DNA of 64,000 bases. Source: a virus. The notes beneath the pieces are model-generated. The model ran no database searches. It saw only the letters and a program-made list of their open reading frames with translations, and was not told the DNA's origin. The stretch spans positions 96,001-160,000 of IMG/VR virus record IMGVR_UViG_3300035070_002905, one strand, 5' to 3'. The position numbers and the translations under genes were made by a program. Each line of letters begins with the position of its first letter. Position 1 is the stretch's first letter. This document shows positions 28,318-37,654 of the stretch, one piece after another.

Positions 28318-28830
28318 TTAAACGGGTAGGCCGGCCATTTGGCGGGCTCTTTGTAAAATTGTTGGGTCTTCAACTGGATCACTTGGAATACCCTGTAGCA
28401 TCAGCATATCAGCTGCAATCTCAGGTTCCGTATGCGAGGCTACTCGATTTATTCGAGAGGTTACATCCAGTGCGTGTTTTTGTTTAGATCTGTCAGCAAT
28501 GATTTTAGCGATTGTCGCACCAGCACCTACGATACCGCCTGCTATGGCCATAGTCTTGTTGCTTGCTGATGTCCCCTTGGCTGCTGCCATAACGTTGGTC
28601 ATTAGCGCTGCGCCTACAGCACCTTTAGCTCCAGCGCCTAGTGCGCCTCGGGCTTTATCTGCCAGACTGGTCTCGGGTACCGAGAGCTTTCCGCTGGCGT
28701 CCATAATAGTTTCTCGTTGACCTTGCTGATCCATGCTACGAAAGTACGGGCTGTTTAACTGAACTGCCGGCGATACTCCACGCGATGTATTTGCGATAAG
28801 TGCACGAGATACATTTGCAAGTTTTTCCAT
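28318..28830 (-). CDS. putative ejected/internal virion protein with Gly/Ala-rich hydrophobic helices
   Basis: Starts MEKLA; GALGAGAKGAVGAA and AGGIVGAGA glycine-zipper-like segments. Confidence 0.55.
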   Translation of the reverse strand: MEKLANVSRALIANTSRGVSPAVQLNSPYFRSMDQQGQRETIMDASGKLSVPETSLADKARGALGAGAKGAVGAALMTNVMAAAKGTSASNKTMAIAGGIVGAGATIAKIIADRSKQKHALDVTSRINRVASHTEPEIAADMLMLQGIPSDPVEDPTILQRARQMAGLPV

Positions 28831-28847
28831 AATGATCTCCTCTGTCT

Positions 28848-28887
28848 TTCAATATTTTAGGGTATTGGGTTATAAGAGAAGTATAGG
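28848..28887 (+). promoter_or_regulatory. putative phage promoter driving the (+) island (degenerate copy without hairpin)
   Basis: TTCAATA 28848-28854, N14, GTTATAAG from 28869; overlaps a TAAAATAT element on the opposite strand. Confidence 0.55.
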
Positions 28888-28911
28888 ACAATCATTTTAC
28901 CGGAGAACGAA

Positions 28912-29031
28912 ATGAACTCATTCATCGCACGACTAAAGAATCTTAACCTGCCGCAATTCCTGTTAGTAGTCTACCTGGCTGCTACGACAGTTATTGGGTC
29001 AGTATTTGCAATCGGCACCTTCAAGGAGTAA
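28912..29031 (+). CDS. small membrane protein (39 aa, not in the ORF track)
   Basis: GGAG RBS; MNSFIARLKNLNLPQFLLVVYLAATTVIGSVFAIGTFKE. Confidence 0.55.
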   Translation: MNSFIARLKNLNLPQFLLVVYLAATTVIGSVFAIGTFKE

Positions 29032-29034
29032 CAC

Positions 29035-29415
29035 ATGAAACTACCAGCACTAACGGAACTAGTGTTCAAAGATGTATATGCAGCGGGATTATCTGCACAC
29101 AAAGCAATTAGTAAGTTCAACTCGGTTAACTGCCGTGCTAACTTCTCAACGACCGTGCCTAAGTCTATTCGTGAAATGGAATCTGAGTATACCGTGGGCG
29201 CGCACATTATCAAGAACCACCGCGACCGCTATAAGTGGATGCCGCTAGAAGTGGAGTATGAAGGCGCAGAGTATCGCATCGTCGGTAAGCCTGAGATCTT
29301 CTTCCCGGGCTACGTAGCGATCGGTGACGACTACTACGCGGTGACTGCACAGGATCTTCTACGTGGTTACATTGAAGAGAGCATGCAGATCAGCAAGGAC
29401 GAACTAGAATGTTAG
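29035..29415 (+). CDS. hypothetical protein
   Basis: AAGGAG RBS; 126 aa. Confidence 0.7.
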   Translation: MKLPALTELVFKDVYAAGLSAHKAISKFNSVNCRANFSTTVPKSIREMESEYTVGAHIIKNHRDRYKWMPLEVEYEGAEYRIVGKPEIFFPGYVAIGDDYYAVTAQDLLRGYIEESMQISKDELEC

Positions 29416-29597
29416 ACATCGATGACTATGATCGCGAAGAAATTCGTGACATAGTATGCGAGAGTGACGAGCTCGTGCAGGCTATCAAGTATGAGATCTT
29501 AAATAATCTAGAGATCACAATGACAAATCCGTCAGAGCCAGGCGCTACTCCGCGTATCGCCCTGACCTACGACGGTGAGGTAATCAGTTCAATCTAG
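29409..29597 (+). CDS. hypothetical acidic protein
   Basis: 62 aa; AAGGA RBS. Confidence 0.6.
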   Translation: MLDIDDYDREEIRDIVCESDELVQAIKYEILNNLEITMTNPSEPGATPRIALTYDGEVISSI

Positions 29598-29605
29598 GAG
29601 GCAAT

Positions 29606-29803
29606 ATGGCCAGAGGAATGGCAATTCTTGGTGTATCAGTTCGAGACGAGTACATCACACCTTACCTATTTGAAACCATGGAAGAAGCGAACGACTGGGA
29701 GGCTCAGGCCGACGGTTGCTACCGCGAAGTCCATACTGGAGAAGTGAAGATTGTTAACGGCCGCCTGCAATGGATGCGCGGCTTTGATAGACCGGAGGAA
29801 TAA
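29606..29803 (+). CDS. hypothetical protein
   Basis: AGGAGG RBS; 65 aa. Confidence 0.65.
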   Translation: MARGMAILGVSVRDEYITPYLFETMEEANDWEAQADGCYREVHTGEVKIVNGRLQWMRGFDRPEE

Positions 29804-30279
29804 TGCCGATTAATGAAGTAGTACAGGGCGACTTGATCGCCCTAGCTAAGAACTATGAGTACGAAGCGATTGCGCATGGCTGTAACTGCCTGTGTACAAT
29901 GGGGTCTGGAATCGCACCGATGATTCGTCAGGCATTTCCTGCAGCATGGGAGGCAGATCAATTTACCGTGAAGGGAGATCGAGATAAGCTCGGTAGCTAC
30001 TCAGTAGGATATGATGAAGGGCATGATATGTTCGTCTTCAATCTGTACACTCAGTACGATTACTTTGGTCGTAAGCAAGGCCGTCGAGACGTGGACTACA
30101 ACGCCGTAACCTCAGCATTCGCCGCCATGAATGAATGGTGTCGTGACAATGGTATTAGTGTTATAGGCATCCCTAAGATTGGCGCCGGCTTAGCTGGCGG
30201 TGACTGGGAGACGATCAAGGAGCGTATCAATGCGGTTACTCCCGACTTAGATATTGAGTTAGTGGAGTATAATCGATGA
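29803..30279 (+). CDS. macrodomain (Appr-1-p processing / ADP-ribosylhydrolase) protein
   Basis: VVQGDLI, IAHGCNC...MGSGIA, NLYTQY, IPKIGAGLAGGDW: phage macrodomain motifs (T4 Tk.4-like). Confidence 0.9.
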   Translation: MPINEVVQGDLIALAKNYEYEAIAHGCNCLCTMGSGIAPMIRQAFPAAWEADQFTVKGDRDKLGSYSVGYDEGHDMFVFNLYTQYDYFGRKQGRRDVDYNAVTSAFAAMNEWCRDNGISVIGIPKIGAGLAGGDWETIKERINAVTPDLDIELVEYNR

Positions 30280-30839
30280 AACTGTTTATAGTCGCTCTTA
30301 TCTTCGCATCGATAGCGATAACCTTCCTGACTAAGTCCGTGGCGATATTCGTTATCGCCGGTCTGGGTATTACCGTGGGAGTTATCCTATGGACTCAGTT
30401 CGTAGACAAGAAGGCTAAGGAGAAGTACTCTCCGCCTCCCCGCAAGAAGCGTGTAGTAGATCCATACGCTCCGCAGTACGTATACGTGATCATGAACCCT
30501 GCCTTTCGCCCAGGTATCTTCAAGGTCGGTATGACTACCGTGAGTATCATGGATCGAATCAAGCAGCTGTTCACTACCGGAGTTCCAGTACCATTCGCTA
30601 CGGTACTTAAGTTCCAGGTAGATAACGGTAAAGAATACGAGAAGGCGTTGCACGTTAAGTTCGCCGATAAGCGTATCAACCGTCGCAGAGAGTTCTTCCA
30701 GCTAACGGAAGAGGACGTCCTAGAGATGGCTCTCCTTCCGGAATGCCAGGAACAAGATCCAGAGGCCCTTAGACGAGCTCTGAGCAAGGAAATGGACCTC
30801 ACGTGGACATTGCCTCAAGTGAAACGCAAAGAGGCTTAG
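30276..30839 (+). CDS. GIY-YIG (T5orf172/MUG113-type) domain protein with an N-terminal membrane anchor
   Basis: YVYVIMNP...KVGMT...RIKQL...TGVP.PF...EKALH...RREFF; hydrophobic first ~40 aa. Confidence 0.85.
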   Translation: MKLFIVALIFASIAITFLTKSVAIFVIAGLGITVGVILWTQFVDKKAKEKYSPPPRKKRVVDPYAPQYVYVIMNPAFRPGIFKVGMTTVSIMDRIKQLFTTGVPVPFATVLKFQVDNGKEYEKALHVKFADKRINRRREFFQLTEEDVLEMALLPECQEQDPEALRRALSKEMDLTWTLPQVKRKEA

Positions 30840-30859
30840 AATAGCCTACAGGAGCATCT

Positions 30860-31258
30860 ATGCGATACCTAGTCTTCGCCGGACCGGAGTACTATCCCTC
30901 CGGCGGGGTTTATGATTTAAAGTTCCAAACGGACGACATCCAAGAAGTCTTAGACTTTATCGAGAACCCGATAGATGATAGCAGCCGGTGGCGTGAGAGA
31001 TTCGATTGGGTCCACGCGCTGGATACTAAATGGGCACTTAAGATCGACCGCTATTTCCTAGGGCGTGCCAAACGTCTGGTATCCCTTATGGAGGACGGTC
31101 AGATAAAGTGTGAGAATGACTGGAAGCTTAAATCGATATGTGATGACCTAGTTATCGCAGGACTAGCTACAGAGGAACCTGACGGCCATTACGATATACT
31201 AGACGAAACTCTAGAAGGGATTATGAGGGAATATGGATGGAATGGTCTGACTTCCTAG
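30860..31258 (+). CDS. hypothetical phage protein (YYPSGG motif)
   Basis: MRYLVFAGPEYYPSGG N-terminus; AGGAG RBS. Confidence 0.7.
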   Translation: MRYLVFAGPEYYPSGGVYDLKFQTDDIQEVLDFIENPIDDSSRWRERFDWVHALDTKWALKIDRYFLGRAKRLVSLMEDGQIKCENDWKLKSICDDLVIAGLATEEPDGHYDILDETLEGIMREYGWNGLTS

Positions 31259-31461
31259 AACAAATGGGTATCACGGATGATACTACTATCGATGAACTAA
31301 AACAGATGCTGTACGAATCTCACTTCGAGAATATACAGTTAGCCGACCGATACGAAGCAGAAATCCGTGAACTGAAGACTAATAGTAAGGGTACTCTTAA
31401 AGAGGCCCTTAAAGTTAAATCAGAAATGGAATGCTTATGTCGAAAACTCCAATCTACTTAA
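31237..31461 (+). CDS. hypothetical coiled-coil protein
   Basis: 74 aa; GAGG RBS. Confidence 0.55.
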   Translation: MEWSDFLEQMGITDDTTIDELKQMLYESHFENIQLADRYEAEIRELKTNSKGTLKEALKVKSEMECLCRKLQST

Positions 31462-31640
31462 AAGATGTACAACAGGCTGCGGAAGGCTTATGCCTAGAAG
31501 TAGTATCCGCTAACGATATCATGCTTGAATGTCGGACTCATATACTCTACGAAGATATCATCGAGTGTATGCAGTATTTGGAATCACAGGGGCAGGCTCA
31601 ACGACACCGCTTAGGCTGGGATAGTTGGACTCTCCTATAA
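31431..31640 (+). CDS. hypothetical protein
   Basis: 69 aa; ends just before a terminator. Confidence 0.5.
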   Translation: MLMSKTPIYLKDVQQAAEGLCLEVVSANDIMLECRTHILYEDIIECMQYLESQGQAQRHRLGWDSWTLL

Positions 31641-31643
31641 CAA

Positions 31644-31668
31644 AGAAGGAGCCTCTAGGGCTCCTTTT
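31644..31668. terminator. bidirectional terminator
   Basis: AAGGAGCC-TCTAG-GGCTCCTTTTT between convergent genes. Confidence 0.8.
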
Positions 31669-31672
31669 TAGC

Positions 31673-31969
31673 TTATCCAGCAATGACTGTACCTGCGCCT
31701 GCAGATACTACAGAGCCACATGCCGTGGCATCTCCTACTCGTGCCGCCGGTTGACCGTTGATCAGTACGGTACCAGAGCCTGCAGAGATTACCACGCCGT
31801 GTGGGCCTGGAGGGTTAGGGCAGATCCAGCTATGTGGAGTACCCGAGTCTCCCACTCGTGCAGCAGGAGAACCTTCGATGATTACATCAGGAGATCCACT
31901 GGTTATTACACCGCCAGACCAACATCCGTGCGGGGCGATTGCATCCCCGACTCTAGCTACACTGGGCAT
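31673..31969 (-). CDS. PAAR-repeat spike tip protein
   Basis: ARVGD three times, including two PAARVGD; His/Cys metal ligands. Confidence 0.95.
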   Translation of the reverse strand: MPSVARVGDAIAPHGCWSGGVITSGSPDVIIEGSPAARVGDSGTPHSWICPNPPGPHGVVISAGSGTVLINGQPAARVGDATACGSVVSAGAGTVIAG

Positions 31970-32490
31970 TATGGGTAGTACCTCTTGAATTCGGCTACGT
32001 TAGTATCCGTATCGTAGTTAACCACCTGAGTGGCCGTGAATGTACCCGTCTTCGGGGTTACTACTGGAAGTAGCGGATCGGTAGAGTCGGTCTCCGTCCA
32101 GGAAGCCTGGATGGTATACGTAACCGTCACCGTCATGATGCCCGGAGGACTGTACTCGTAGAGGAACCAGATGCCTGGATCTCCTGGATCTGGAACGTCT
32201 GCCCAGGTAGTAGTCGTTACTGACTCCGGTGCCGTGTAGGCATCTACCTGAGGCTTATTGAAGCTAATGGTATGAGCGAACTGTTCTTCGTATCGACCTG
32301 ACAGACCGAGTGCGGTAGGATTAGACACGAAGTCTAGGACCATTCCGCTATCTGCAGGAGACATACTAGCTCCTGTCACTACATACATCGACTCGACGAC
32401 CGTAGCCGTATCATCGGGAACCAATGCGATAGTCCCCGTATTATCCCCCAGCTCTAAGACTGGAGGTAGACTCGTTACACTTAAATGCAT
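31969..32490 (-). CDS. baseplate-associated hypothetical protein
   Basis: Between spike and PAAR genes; AGGAGG RBS. Confidence 0.6.
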   Translation of the reverse strand: MHLSVTSLPPVLELGDNTGTIALVPDDTATVVESMYVVTGASMSPADSGMVLDFVSNPTALGLSGRYEEQFAHTISFNKPQVDAYTAPESVTTTTWADVPDPGDPGIWFLYEYSPPGIMTVTVTYTIQASWTETDSTDPLLPVVTPKTGTFTATQVVNYDTDTNVAEFKRYYP

Positions 32491-32498
32491 TACGCCTC

Positions 32499-33770
32499 CT
32501 AGTTAAGCTGGATGGTCGGTGCGCTCACTACGAAGTTACCACCGCAGTTAAACGTACAAGTACCCGTGTTGAACGTAGTATCCGCTATATCGAATGTGGT
32601 ATTCGCAGCTGATACGTTGAGAGTTCCAGTAGTATCAATCTGAGTATTGCCGGTATTGGTCACGGTAAGATTACCATCAGCCGAGCAGTTGATTACAACC
32701 TGTCCGTCCACGTTAATGACTACGCCGTCTGCGTTACCGTTAATGAATACCTTACCTTCGTTGACATCCCAGTGGAAGTCAGTCTCGTTCATCCAGTAGT
32801 TAGTTTGTGCACCGCCGTGGATCTCCTTGCGGATCTCCTGTGCAGTATCCTGTTGATACGATTCAGATTCTCCGGTTGTAATCAACTCGTCGTACTGAAG
32901 TGAAGTCTCTTTTTTAGTACTGGTAGAGCTATCATCGCCTTCTACTACCTGACGGTAGGTATAACCGGTGATCTCCTGAGTGTACGTAGAGGTAATCTTA
33001 TCCTCATCGTTATACGTATACTCCTTGACTACCATATTGACATCTTCTGGTATCAAAGGGTCAGCCGGGAAGTCTTCTGAAGTGTACGCCGCGTATCCCT
33101 TACCGATCGTCTCGGCCATAGCCACGTCGCCTTCATAGCGTATAAGACTAGGCTGTTCTCCTCGAGAACGTTCAGGCGTGCGGAATACTTCTCGGAGAGA
33201 ATATAGTTTATTACGAATAGATACTTTGTACGTACTATCCATATCAGTGAAGTGTTCGAAGTTTCGCGTGATCAGACGACCTAGATCGCCGAAGCGACTC
33301 AGTACCATCTGTGCAAGAGGGGAGGATTTAGCTATGAAAGTACCACCACGTAATAGGCCGAATAGCCCTGACTCACCAGTAGTTATCTGGTCGCCTACGC
33401 GTTGATCTTTAGGAGTGCCAGGTCCACACACGAAATTCTGTGAGCCTGTTCCCGTAGTATAGTCTGCCTCACCGCCTGCGACCTCTCCCTGTTTGGAGAT
33501 AGCCATACGAGGAACTGGGTTCGTGTTAGGACTTAGCAGAGTACCTACGATAATAGGAGAACCCGTGGACGTATCCACGAGTACTCTATTATTTTCTTGA
33601 GGGTGTCCGTCGGCTCCAATGCCGTCAGAGCCTCCGGTAGGTACAGTCCACGTAACATCCGTGTAATACTCGCCTTGATCGCCGAGACACTTACATGTCC
33701 CGCCCTGAAGGTCAACCGCGACGACCGTAGCCACGCGGGAACTATTATTTGAACTGTACTGATTAATCAT
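32499..33770 (-). CDS. baseplate central spike (gp5/VgrG/gpV-like)
   Basis: N-terminal OB-fold-like region (ATVVAVD...P...RVLV); C-terminal beta-repeat ending APTIQLN; PAAR downstream. Confidence 0.75.
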   Translation of the reverse strand: MINQYSSNNSSRVATVVAVDLQGGTCKCLGDQGEYYTDVTWTVPTGGSDGIGADGHPQENNRVLVDTSTGSPIIVGTLLSPNTNPVPRMAISKQGEVAGGEADYTTGTGSQNFVCGPGTPKDQRVGDQITTGESGLFGLLRGGTFIAKSSPLAQMVLSRFGDLGRLITRNFEHFTDMDSTYKVSIRNKLYSLREVFRTPERSRGEQPSLIRYEGDVAMAETIGKGYAAYTSEDFPADPLIPEDVNMVVKEYTYNDEDKITSTYTQEITGYTYRQVVEGDDSSTSTKKETSLQYDELITTGESESYQQDTAQEIRKEIHGGAQTNYWMNETDFHWDVNEGKVFINGNADGVVINVDGQVVINCSADGNLTVTNTGNTQIDTTGTLNVSAANTTFDIADTTFNTGTCTFNCGGNFVVSAPTIQLN

Positions 33771-34459
33771 TAACCCACCGCCACTGGTACTGCACGGTCG
33801 AACATAATGCCGACGTTTTCAGAGATTACCGGTGCTTGTGCTGATACCTGGAACTGGAAGTTAGACAGGTGGCAGTTTTCAAGATATACCGCACCCATAA
33901 TGTTACCGTTCAAGCTATCTGAACCAGTCTGACCTTTAGTCTTAAACGTCATGAGGATACCGAAAGGTACGCTCAGCGCTTCAGAGTCTAGGTTAAACCA
34001 TAGGTTGCCTACGCCCGGAGACTTAGTACCTGCAGTGTTAACGTAAAGGTCTGCCGAGCCAGTATCGTTTACTTGACCAGTCTCTGCGTTATAAGATTCC
34101 TGAGTAAGGGCATTCATTAGAGACGCATGGTCTGCTAACATAGCACCTACTTGAATCGAGTTCTGACTCTTACCGCGCGTGAAGAATGTACGGTTAGAAC
34201 CGATCTCCCATAGAGGCTGAAGGCTGTTCTGTGTTTGGTAGCTGAAAGAATCAACTAGACCTAGTGGGTGGAGACGGTTAGTTACGTCACTATCGCTGAA
34301 GCGAGCAGGGCCCGCAAACAGGATAGTAGTATCAGGAGTCAGAGACCCCTGAGAGAAACGTTCAAGACCGTCACCAGATGCCAGGCGATCTACGTATTCA
34401 CCTTTCCAGTCCCAACCAGCTGCAAAGCCTTGCGTGTCGGAAGTTACACCTAATGCCAT
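33770..34459 (-). CDS. tail tube protein
   Basis: Follows the sheath gene; LQPLWEIGS, VYLENC, ISENVGIMFDR motifs. Confidence 0.75.
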   Translation of the reverse strand: MALGVTSDTQGFAAGWDWKGEYVDRLASGDGLERFSQGSLTPDTTILFAGPARFSDSDVTNRLHPLGLVDSFSYQTQNSLQPLWEIGSNRTFFTRGKSQNSIQVGAMLADHASLMNALTQESYNAETGQVNDTGSADLYVNTAGTKSPGVGNLWFNLDSEALSVPFGILMTFKTKGQTGSDSLNGNIMGAVYLENCHLSNFQFQVSAQAPVISENVGIMFDRAVPVAVG

Positions 34460-34470
34460 GTGTTATCTCC

Positions 34471-36531
34471 TTAGATTACTAGATAAACGTTAGTATAGTT
34501 ATTCGGGCTAACGATTGCGATATTCATTCGAACATCCAGAGCATCAGCGCTTGTTGCGTTCTGTGTCACCGTTAAGCCACTGTACGATAGCATCGGAGGA
34601 CCTACCTTCGGTAGTTTCTGAACTAGCAATCGTTCTGCAGCAGAGATGATAGTCTGCTCGATCGTACGAATAGTATCAGGAGTAATGTTCCACGTACCGA
34701 TAAACGGTTCTAGGATACTCTTGAAGTAGTACGATAGGTAATCCCAGTTCTTAACCTTAAGGATCTCACGGTATTCTAGCACCGATACATCGGTAGTAAT
34801 AGCGTGACGGTTATAAGGTGTAGTACCTTGAGATTCTTGAACGTATAGTACCGTACCGAACTCTGCCATCAAGTCAAGCTGAGCCTGGCTGAAGTAGAAG
34901 TTCGAGTGGACTAGGTTGCTGATACCTGCAATGGTTACATTCGTAAAGCCTGTCTGAGCCGGGAAGCCTGAGCCCTGTCCTGCTAGACCACACATTAGGA
35001 AGTAGCCTGGAACCTGAGTATCTAGACCGTCTACTGGAACGAATACATCACCCGGGAAGTTCATCACACGGTTATGCGCCCAAGTTGTACCTTGGTCTGC
35101 AACGTTCTGAGCCTGATCCTGCTTAGTAGCAGTACGACCTACGTAGAAATCTACTACAGTACCCTGAGTAAGAGCGCCGCCAGCATCTTCAACGATGATC
35201 AGGAAGCCGCCTGCATCTGATACTACATAGTCTACATACGGGCTATCTGCCACGTATACATGTAGATTATCACCAGAGGTAACAGTACCTACTTGGCTGC
35301 CATCTGTAATCGTAATAGTCGCCAGAGCGCCTGCTGCAGTTACAGTACCTTGGATTAGACCGTCAGGGATCTGATCTGCATCTGAACCGTCAGCCGTACC
35401 AGGAACACCCAAGATGTTAATCTCAGAGAGGATCGCTTGGTTTAGTAGAGTTACACGCCATTGACCAGAAGCCGGTAGGCTCATAGCTCGTACGTGAGAA
35501 TCCCAGATAGCTTGAACTGCCGGAGCGGTAGTTAGAGGTACCATCCAGTATAGGTTCTGACCTTCTGCAAGCTGAGCTGCAACTGAGTGAGCTGCTACTT
35601 CGTCTAGGCCTTGGTCGGTAGCGATCGCGTAGATCGGTGCACCGCCAGAGTTAGCTAGAGCAATGCTTACGCCGAATGCTAGAGGGTTATCCGGATGGAT
35701 GGTACCTAGTAGATTCTGTAAGTCAGTCGTGTCGTTGATCGTCAGGATAGTGTTGATCGTATCTTGACGTGCAGCCGTGTAGCCGATGTAGATATCTAGA
35801 TCGTCACCTGAACCGCGGATCTCTTGCTCTACTGCGTACTGGTACTGTTCACCAGTAACTGTAGTGTAAGGGAACGTACCGTTACTATGAGTAGTAGCTG
35901 AACCGATAACTAGAGCGTTAAGGGTAGAATCCCAGCCGACAGCTGCAGGAGTATGTTGAGAGTACTTATGGTACACCTCTACTTCCCAGTCTGTTTGGTC
36001 TGAAACTGTTTGATCTGCTACTGCGAATGTATTAACTGTACCGCCTACTTCTACATCTGTTACGAATGTACGAATAGTAAGGCTAGCCGCTGCTGAAGTA
36101 AGAACTACTGCATCACCTAGGTTAATATGGTTAGCTGTAGTGTCGTACGGCAGTGAGTCGTTGTACGCGTTAATTCCACTAGTACCGATTAGGTTCGTAG
36201 TGATAGTAATTACGCCGCCTGCAGATGTAACGCCTGCTTCAGAGTAGTTGTGGATCAGACAATTACCCATAATGGCAGTTACAGAAGTATCCGTAATGAC
36301 CTGGCCCGGGAAGTCTGTGTCAGAGTTAACTGATACATTCGACGTGGTTGGCCAAGTTGTAATTGTGCTAGCTAGGCTGCCGGCAAGGGCTACTGAGTCA
36401 TTAAAGTCAATGCTAATGATGTTATTCAGTTCTCCGATGATGCAAGCTGGTAGATCGGGACTGATCGCTGCTGCTCCACCAGGATTAGCCAGCTCTTGAT
36501 AAACCTGTACCATAGGTTTAGTATAAGCCAT
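34471..36531 (-). CDS. contractile tail sheath protein
   Basis: N-terminal Y-x-x-P-x-V-x-V-x-Q; C-terminal RHAITTD...REI...DY...FIG...NIT and P-x-N-Y-x-x-V terminus. Confidence 0.85.
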   Translation of the reverse strand: MAYTKPMVQVYQELANPGGAAAISPDLPACIIGELNNIISIDFNDSVALAGSLASTITTWPTTSNVSVNSDTDFPGQVITDTSVTAIMGNCLIHNYSEAGVTSAGGVITITTNLIGTSGINAYNDSLPYDTTANHINLGDAVVLTSAAASLTIRTFVTDVEVGGTVNTFAVADQTVSDQTDWEVEVYHKYSQHTPAAVGWDSTLNALVIGSATTHSNGTFPYTTVTGEQYQYAVEQEIRGSGDDLDIYIGYTAARQDTINTILTINDTTDLQNLLGTIHPDNPLAFGVSIALANSGGAPIYAIATDQGLDEVAAHSVAAQLAEGQNLYWMVPLTTAPAVQAIWDSHVRAMSLPASGQWRVTLLNQAILSEINILGVPGTADGSDADQIPDGLIQGTVTAAGALATITITDGSQVGTVTSGDNLHVYVADSPYVDYVVSDAGGFLIIVEDAGGALTQGTVVDFYVGRTATKQDQAQNVADQGTTWAHNRVMNFPGDVFVPVDGLDTQVPGYFLMCGLAGQGSGFPAQTGFTNVTIAGISNLVHSNFYFSQAQLDLMAEFGTVLYVQESQGTTPYNRHAITTDVSVLEYREILKVKNWDYLSYYFKSILEPFIGTWNITPDTIRTIEQTIISAAERLLVQKLPKVGPPMLSYSGLTVTQNATSADALDVRMNIAIVSPNNYTNVYLVI

Positions 36532-36563
36532 ATATGCTCCTATTTAATTATCCCGTAGCGATG

Positions 36564-37148
36564 CTACGAAGTCTGATTTAATTCCTGGAAGATATGATTA
36601 AGACGAGTAAGATTACCCGTTATTCTCCATCTATCTTCTACAATGTAAGGAATGCTAATATTGATTTTAAACTTTTCAGTATCCTCAGTATCCATGTTGC
36701 ATTCCGATACGTTGATCTGCTTGCCAAAAGCCTGGAAACCAAATTGTGATTCGATGTACGGCTTACACCAACAGAGGAACTTACGGACGATCTCCGCGAC
36801 TTCCTCGCAGGAACCCTCTTGACGGGTCTCGATGATGATGTTAATCATACCTTGGATATCTTGACGATATTCCTCTTGACCGCCGGGGCGCTGTAGACCG
36901 CCACCAATAGTGTTCTGATGGTTATTGTTAATGAACTGACTACCCATCTGGCAGCCGCCTCTCTGAATGAGGATGCGCGGAGACATCTGAGTTCGAGCGT
37001 CATCGTGCACGTCGTTAACCGTACCTACACGTATTTTAGACGCCTTCGGGTCGGGGTCCCACGCGTACTTGCTCCCGCCATACTCAAAGAACATAGCCTG
37101 GAACATGTCTCGGATATAAGATACTAGGTATAGCGGATTATATTCCAT
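36564..37148 (-). CDS. putative tail terminator/completion protein
   Basis: Immediately upstream of the sheath; 194 aa; PRILIQRG motif. Confidence 0.55.
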   Translation of the reverse strand: MEYNPLYLVSYIRDMFQAMFFEYGGSKYAWDPDPKASKIRVGTVNDVHDDARTQMSPRILIQRGGCQMGSQFINNNHQNTIGGGLQRPGGQEEYRQDIQGMINIIIETRQEGSCEEVAEIVRKFLCWCKPYIESQFGFQAFGKQINVSECNMDTEDTEKFKINISIPYIVEDRWRITGNLTRLNHIFQELNQTS

Positions 37149-37648
37149 TACTTAGCCTTAGGCTTAGCCGCGTCGGCCATCTTAGCCTTCTCTTGATTAT
37201 CTTTATACTTACTACGAGCCTTCATCGCCAGGCCGGCTGCTGCCAGACCACCACCGACTAGTCCTACTTTCTTACGTAGGGACATGCCTGCAGTATTCCC
37301 CAGGGCGCCTGTATGTGCACGCTGTAAGGGTTTAGGTGTAGGAGTAGGAGTGAAATTCCCGCCGGACACAACCTTTTTCTTCTTAAGAGCAGGCTGCTTC
37401 TTAGCTGGAGTGCTCGGCTTGAAGTTCTTATCCTTATATACTTTCTGTGGCTTAGGGCCACCTGAAGTTGCCTTACCGGTTTTCTTATCGGTAGTCATCT
37501 TCTTTTTAGTTTCGACTTGCATTACCGCTACATCTTTAGGCTTACGCTTAGGACGTGTACCGCCCTTCACCTTGCCAGTCTCGACCTTACTCTTGTCGGT
37601 CTTCATAGCGATTGCAACTTTTTCCATAATCTCTAGGCGATCCATCAT
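37148..37648 (-). CDS. highly basic Lys/Pro-rich virion protein
   Basis: Histone-like composition; MEKVA near the N-terminus; one Gly/Ala hydrophobic segment. Confidence 0.6.
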   Translation of the reverse strand: MMDRLEIMEKVAIAMKTDKSKVETGKVKGGTRPKRKPKDVAVMQVETKKKMTTDKKTGKATSGGPKPQKVYKDKNFKPSTPAKKQPALKKKKVVSGGNFTPTPTPKPLQRAHTGALGNTAGMSLRKKVGLVGGGLAAAGLAMKARSKYKDNQEKAKMADAAKPKAK

Positions 37649-37654
37649 ATCTCC

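Noticed and set aside
31673-36531. PAAR, VgrG-like, tube and sheath genes as a type VI secretion system or tailocin
   Set aside because: They are contiguous with portal, protease, capsid and neck genes and no membrane complex or ClpV is present, so this is a phage tail
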